DNA of 44,632 nucleotides from an uncultured Candidatus Micrarchaeota archaeon (GTDB lineage: Archaea > Micrarchaeota > Micrarchaeia > Anstonellales > Bilamarchaeaceae): positions 1-44,632 of the forward strand of contig CAILMU010000005.1 of the NCBI GenBank assembly GCA_903835325.1, in the 5' to 3' direction. Below the pieces are notes generated by a model. It was given only the letters and a program-made list of their open reading frames with translations. It ran no database searches and was not told where the DNA came from. The position numbers and the translations under genes were made by a program. Below, in pieces: positions 42,611-44,632 of this stretch. Each line of letters begins with the position of its first letter. Within the stretch, counting starts at the first letter, position 1.

Positions 42611-44353
42611 TCACTCCGGGTTTTGCGGGAACACGAGATCCCTAAGAGTCATCGCGGAATCCGTGAAATGGGCCTGCGCCATCCTGAGGCTTTCAAAGAC
42701 CTGCTTTTTGTCATCAGTTTTGAGCGCAGACTCGAAATACGCGACCGCGCCCGAAAGTTCCGATATCGTCGTTCCAAGATATCGATCGGGCGACTTGGAG
42801 AGTTCGTCCAGGATAAAACGGGGGTCAAAGTCATCAAGCTCCTGCACTTTTCCCGTGATTTTTTCTCTGGCGAGTGCGATATTACCTTCCTTTATGTGGT
42901 GGTGTATCGAGCCATAATTACCCGGAAGGAATTCCGGTTTCTTTTCCACCATGCAGAAGAGGGCCCAGTTCGCCCAGAGGCAGCGCATCGCTTCGGTGCT
43001 CTTCACTGAGAACGCGTTTTCAGCAGATTCGAGCAGTACGATGTTATTCTCGTGCTCGTCTCTCTTCTTCTGGAGGGTGCGGATCATTTGCCCGAGTTCC
43101 CGGAGCTTTCCGGAGTTTTCGGAATCGAATGTTTTCGCTTCCCATTTCATGCCTTCAATGGTTGACTCAAGACCCGCGAGCCTGGCTTCCTCTTCCGGAG
43201 CCGGATTCTCCTTTTTCTTCAGCCGGCGTATAGAACCTTGAACACTCGACCTCTCTTTTTGGTCATGCCAAGGCAGGGCTTTGCATGCCGCCTTGATGGA
43301 TTCGAATTCATCCAGCTTCGACTCCAATGCGGTTTCGTCCGAATCAGACCAGCCGGCCTTTTTCCTGAATCTTTCGATATCTTTCTGCAGATGCGCCAGC
43401 TCGTCGGCCATTCCCAGCACCCGGGTCAAAACATCCCTGCGCCGCAAATCCGATAAAGCGTCTTCCCTCGCTCTGTTGATCCCTGAAGAGAATCTTGATA
43501 GTTGCGAATACAGCCACCGATCTCGCACCAGCCTGAGGGCATCTTCCCTGTATTTTGCCACCCGCATCAAATGGGCGATGCCGAGCTGCCTCGAATGCAG
43601 CCTGTTGCGAACTGCAGTGAGCTGCGCCGTTGCCATGCTGAGCGGAGCCGCCCTTTTTTCGGGTGGAAGAGCGCGGATGCCTTTGAAAGCGCTGAGCGTC
43701 TCTTCAACCCTGCCAGCCGCAACGATATGCAGCAAAGCGAGATCTTTTTCAGACAAGGCCGAGCGCAAATCAGACAAAGATTCGATGAGCCGATCAAGCC
43801 CGGAATCTGTTTTCAACCCTTCCAAAATATTCCTCCAGCGTTGATTCGGGTCGGCATTGCCAGGCGCGCCCTTCTCTTGCGGTTCGATGGATTGGATCTT
43901 CTTTTCCAGCACCAGGAGCTCTGAACGATAGTTCGCCCTCATATCCTTGAATGAGCGGACAGCACGGATGAGATGCGTGGATGATTCGACATCTTTTTTC
44001 GCAAGCGGGCTGTGCTTCATCTCCTGCTCGACCTCTTTCCAGCAGCCGTTTATCTGCTTCTTGTCCTCCTTCCTGAAGAACACGGTCACCCTGGGGCAGC
44101 TGGGCTCAAGCACCATCTTGAGCGCTTTGAAACCGGGGTTCTCCACAGGAAGGCCCATATCGTCCCTTCCGGCAAAACGATAGCCTGATTTCCCAGGGCC
44201 GAATATCCTCTTAGCCCGCTCGTCGGCTTGTGTGAATTCGAGCCAACGTTGCTGCTGATGGGATACTGAAAGAGGAAGGCTGCCCCTAGATGAGGCGTGA
44301 GCTTCCGGGATATCTTTGGAATGCGTTGAGAATGCTGTTTTTCTGTCGTTCAT
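42611..44353 (-). CDS. Large helical hypothetical protein (580 aa)
   Basis: The ORF is long and clean and lies 75 nt upstream of pepA on the same strand. It is predominantly helical and Arg/Glu/Leu-rich, with no recognised motif. Confidence 0.65.
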   Translation of the reverse strand: MNDRKTAFSTHSKDIPEAHASSRGSLPLSVSHQQQRWLEFTQADERAKRIFGPGKSGYRFAGRDDMGLPVENPGFKALKMVLEPSCPRVTVFFRKEDKKQINGCWKEVEQEMKHSPLAKKDVESSTHLIRAVRSFKDMRANYRSELLVLEKKIQSIEPQEKGAPGNADPNQRWRNILEGLKTDSGLDRLIESLSDLRSALSEKDLALLHIVAAGRVEETLSAFKGIRALPPEKRAAPLSMATAQLTAVRNRLHSRQLGIAHLMRVAKYREDALRLVRDRWLYSQLSRFSSGINRAREDALSDLRRRDVLTRVLGMADELAHLQKDIERFRKKAGWSDSDETALESKLDEFESIKAACKALPWHDQKERSSVQGSIRRLKKKENPAPEEEARLAGLESTIEGMKWEAKTFDSENSGKLRELGQMIRTLQKKRDEHENNIVLLESAENAFSVKSTEAMRCLWANWALFCMVEKKPEFLPGNYGSIHHHIKEGNIALAREKITGKVQELDDFDPRFILDELSKSPDRYLGTTISELSGAVAYFESALKTDDKKQVFESLRMAQAHFTDSAMTLRDLVFPQNPE

Positions 44354-44399
44354 GATAATAAGATGTGATGATTATATTAAAAAGATTCTGGACCCGCTT

Positions 44400-44549
44400 T
44401 CATCTGCGCCTCATGATGCGCAGTAGCTTCTTCACTTTCGTGAGCTTGCTCTTGAGGCTCGGGCGGCGGGAGTGTTTTTTCTTGGGCTTTTTCGCGATGG
44501 CTTTTTTTCTTTTTATGGCCCTGTCCCTCTTCGTTCTCTTCATCTTCAT
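44400..44549 (-). CDS. Possible small, highly basic protein (49 aa)
   Basis: Manual translation gives MKMKRTKRDRAIKRKKAIAKKPKKKHSRRPSLKSKLTKVKKLLRIMRRR*. Its ATG overlaps the stop of the upstream partial ORF (ATGA). It is below the track cut-off, and the opposite-strand track ORF 44365..44571 looks like junk. Confidence 0.3.
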   Translation of the reverse strand: MKMKRTKRDRAIKRKKAIAKKPKKKHSRRPSLKSKLTKVKKLLRIMRRR

Positions 44550-44632
44550 GAGCGAATCACCTTGGAACTGAGGACCGATGGACCCAGTTGATGTCTGGAC
44601 TCGGTGGAGAAGTTCCTCAAACGATTACAGAT
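44546..44632 (-). CDS. 3' end of an unidentified gene (N-terminus outside the window)
   Basis: The frame is open from the window edge: ...ICNRLRNFSTESRHQLGPSVLSSKVIRS*. It is too short to identify. Confidence 0.25.
   Translation of the reverse strand: MCNRLRNFSTESRHQLGPSVLSSKVIRS

Noticed and set aside
44365-44571. 68-aa plus-strand ORF at the window end
   Set aside because: The product is hydrophobic Phe/Leu-rich sequence that mirrors the Lys/Arg-rich minus-strand ORF. It has no start context. The minus-strand reading shows ATGA coupling to an upstream frame and is marginally more credible.

Overview
This is a densely coding archaeal chromosomal window. Archaeal markers are ribosomal protein S8e, KEOPS Cgi121, ApgM-type phosphoglycerate mutase, a short XPF nuclease and a class III signal-peptide pilin. 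Several genes have A/T-rich TATA-like boxes about 26-30 nt upstream of the ATG, which suggests leaderless mRNAs. I support about 45 protein genes and one tRNA (tRNA-His). Housekeeping genes are truD (partial, absent from the ORF track), metG, rps8e, cgi121, apgM, sufS and pepA. Five regions stand out. (1) At 5.8-15.5 kb there is a type IV pilus-like locus with a FlaI/PilB-type ATPase, a platform split into two single-T2SSF-domain genes and one pilin. It is interleaved with three >550-aa acidic coiled-coil or winged-helix proteins of unknown function. This is my best candidate for an undescribed system. (2) At 22.1-25.2 kb a NikR-type regulator is co-oriented with an unannotated 52-aa CPCPVC membrane ORF. 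Both are divergent from a ZnuABC-type metal transporter with a near-palindromic operator candidate. (3) At 28.1-33.7 kb a visibly AT-richer island of orphan genes (including an orphan J-domain protein) ends at tRNA-His. Degenerate copies of the tRNA 3' half bracket a bacterial-looking Fic cassette and a DUF4256 cassette. (4) At 37.7-38.2 kb the intergenic region holds a tandem, hairpin-rich repeat with a perfect 78-bp core. Its second copy is interrupted by a 74-76 nt palindromic mini-element. (5) Just downstream lies a Lon-like AAA+ gene that lacks a protease domain. I recognised no CRISPR array, rRNA, transposase or integrase. All family assignments rest on motifs read by eye and need profile searches.
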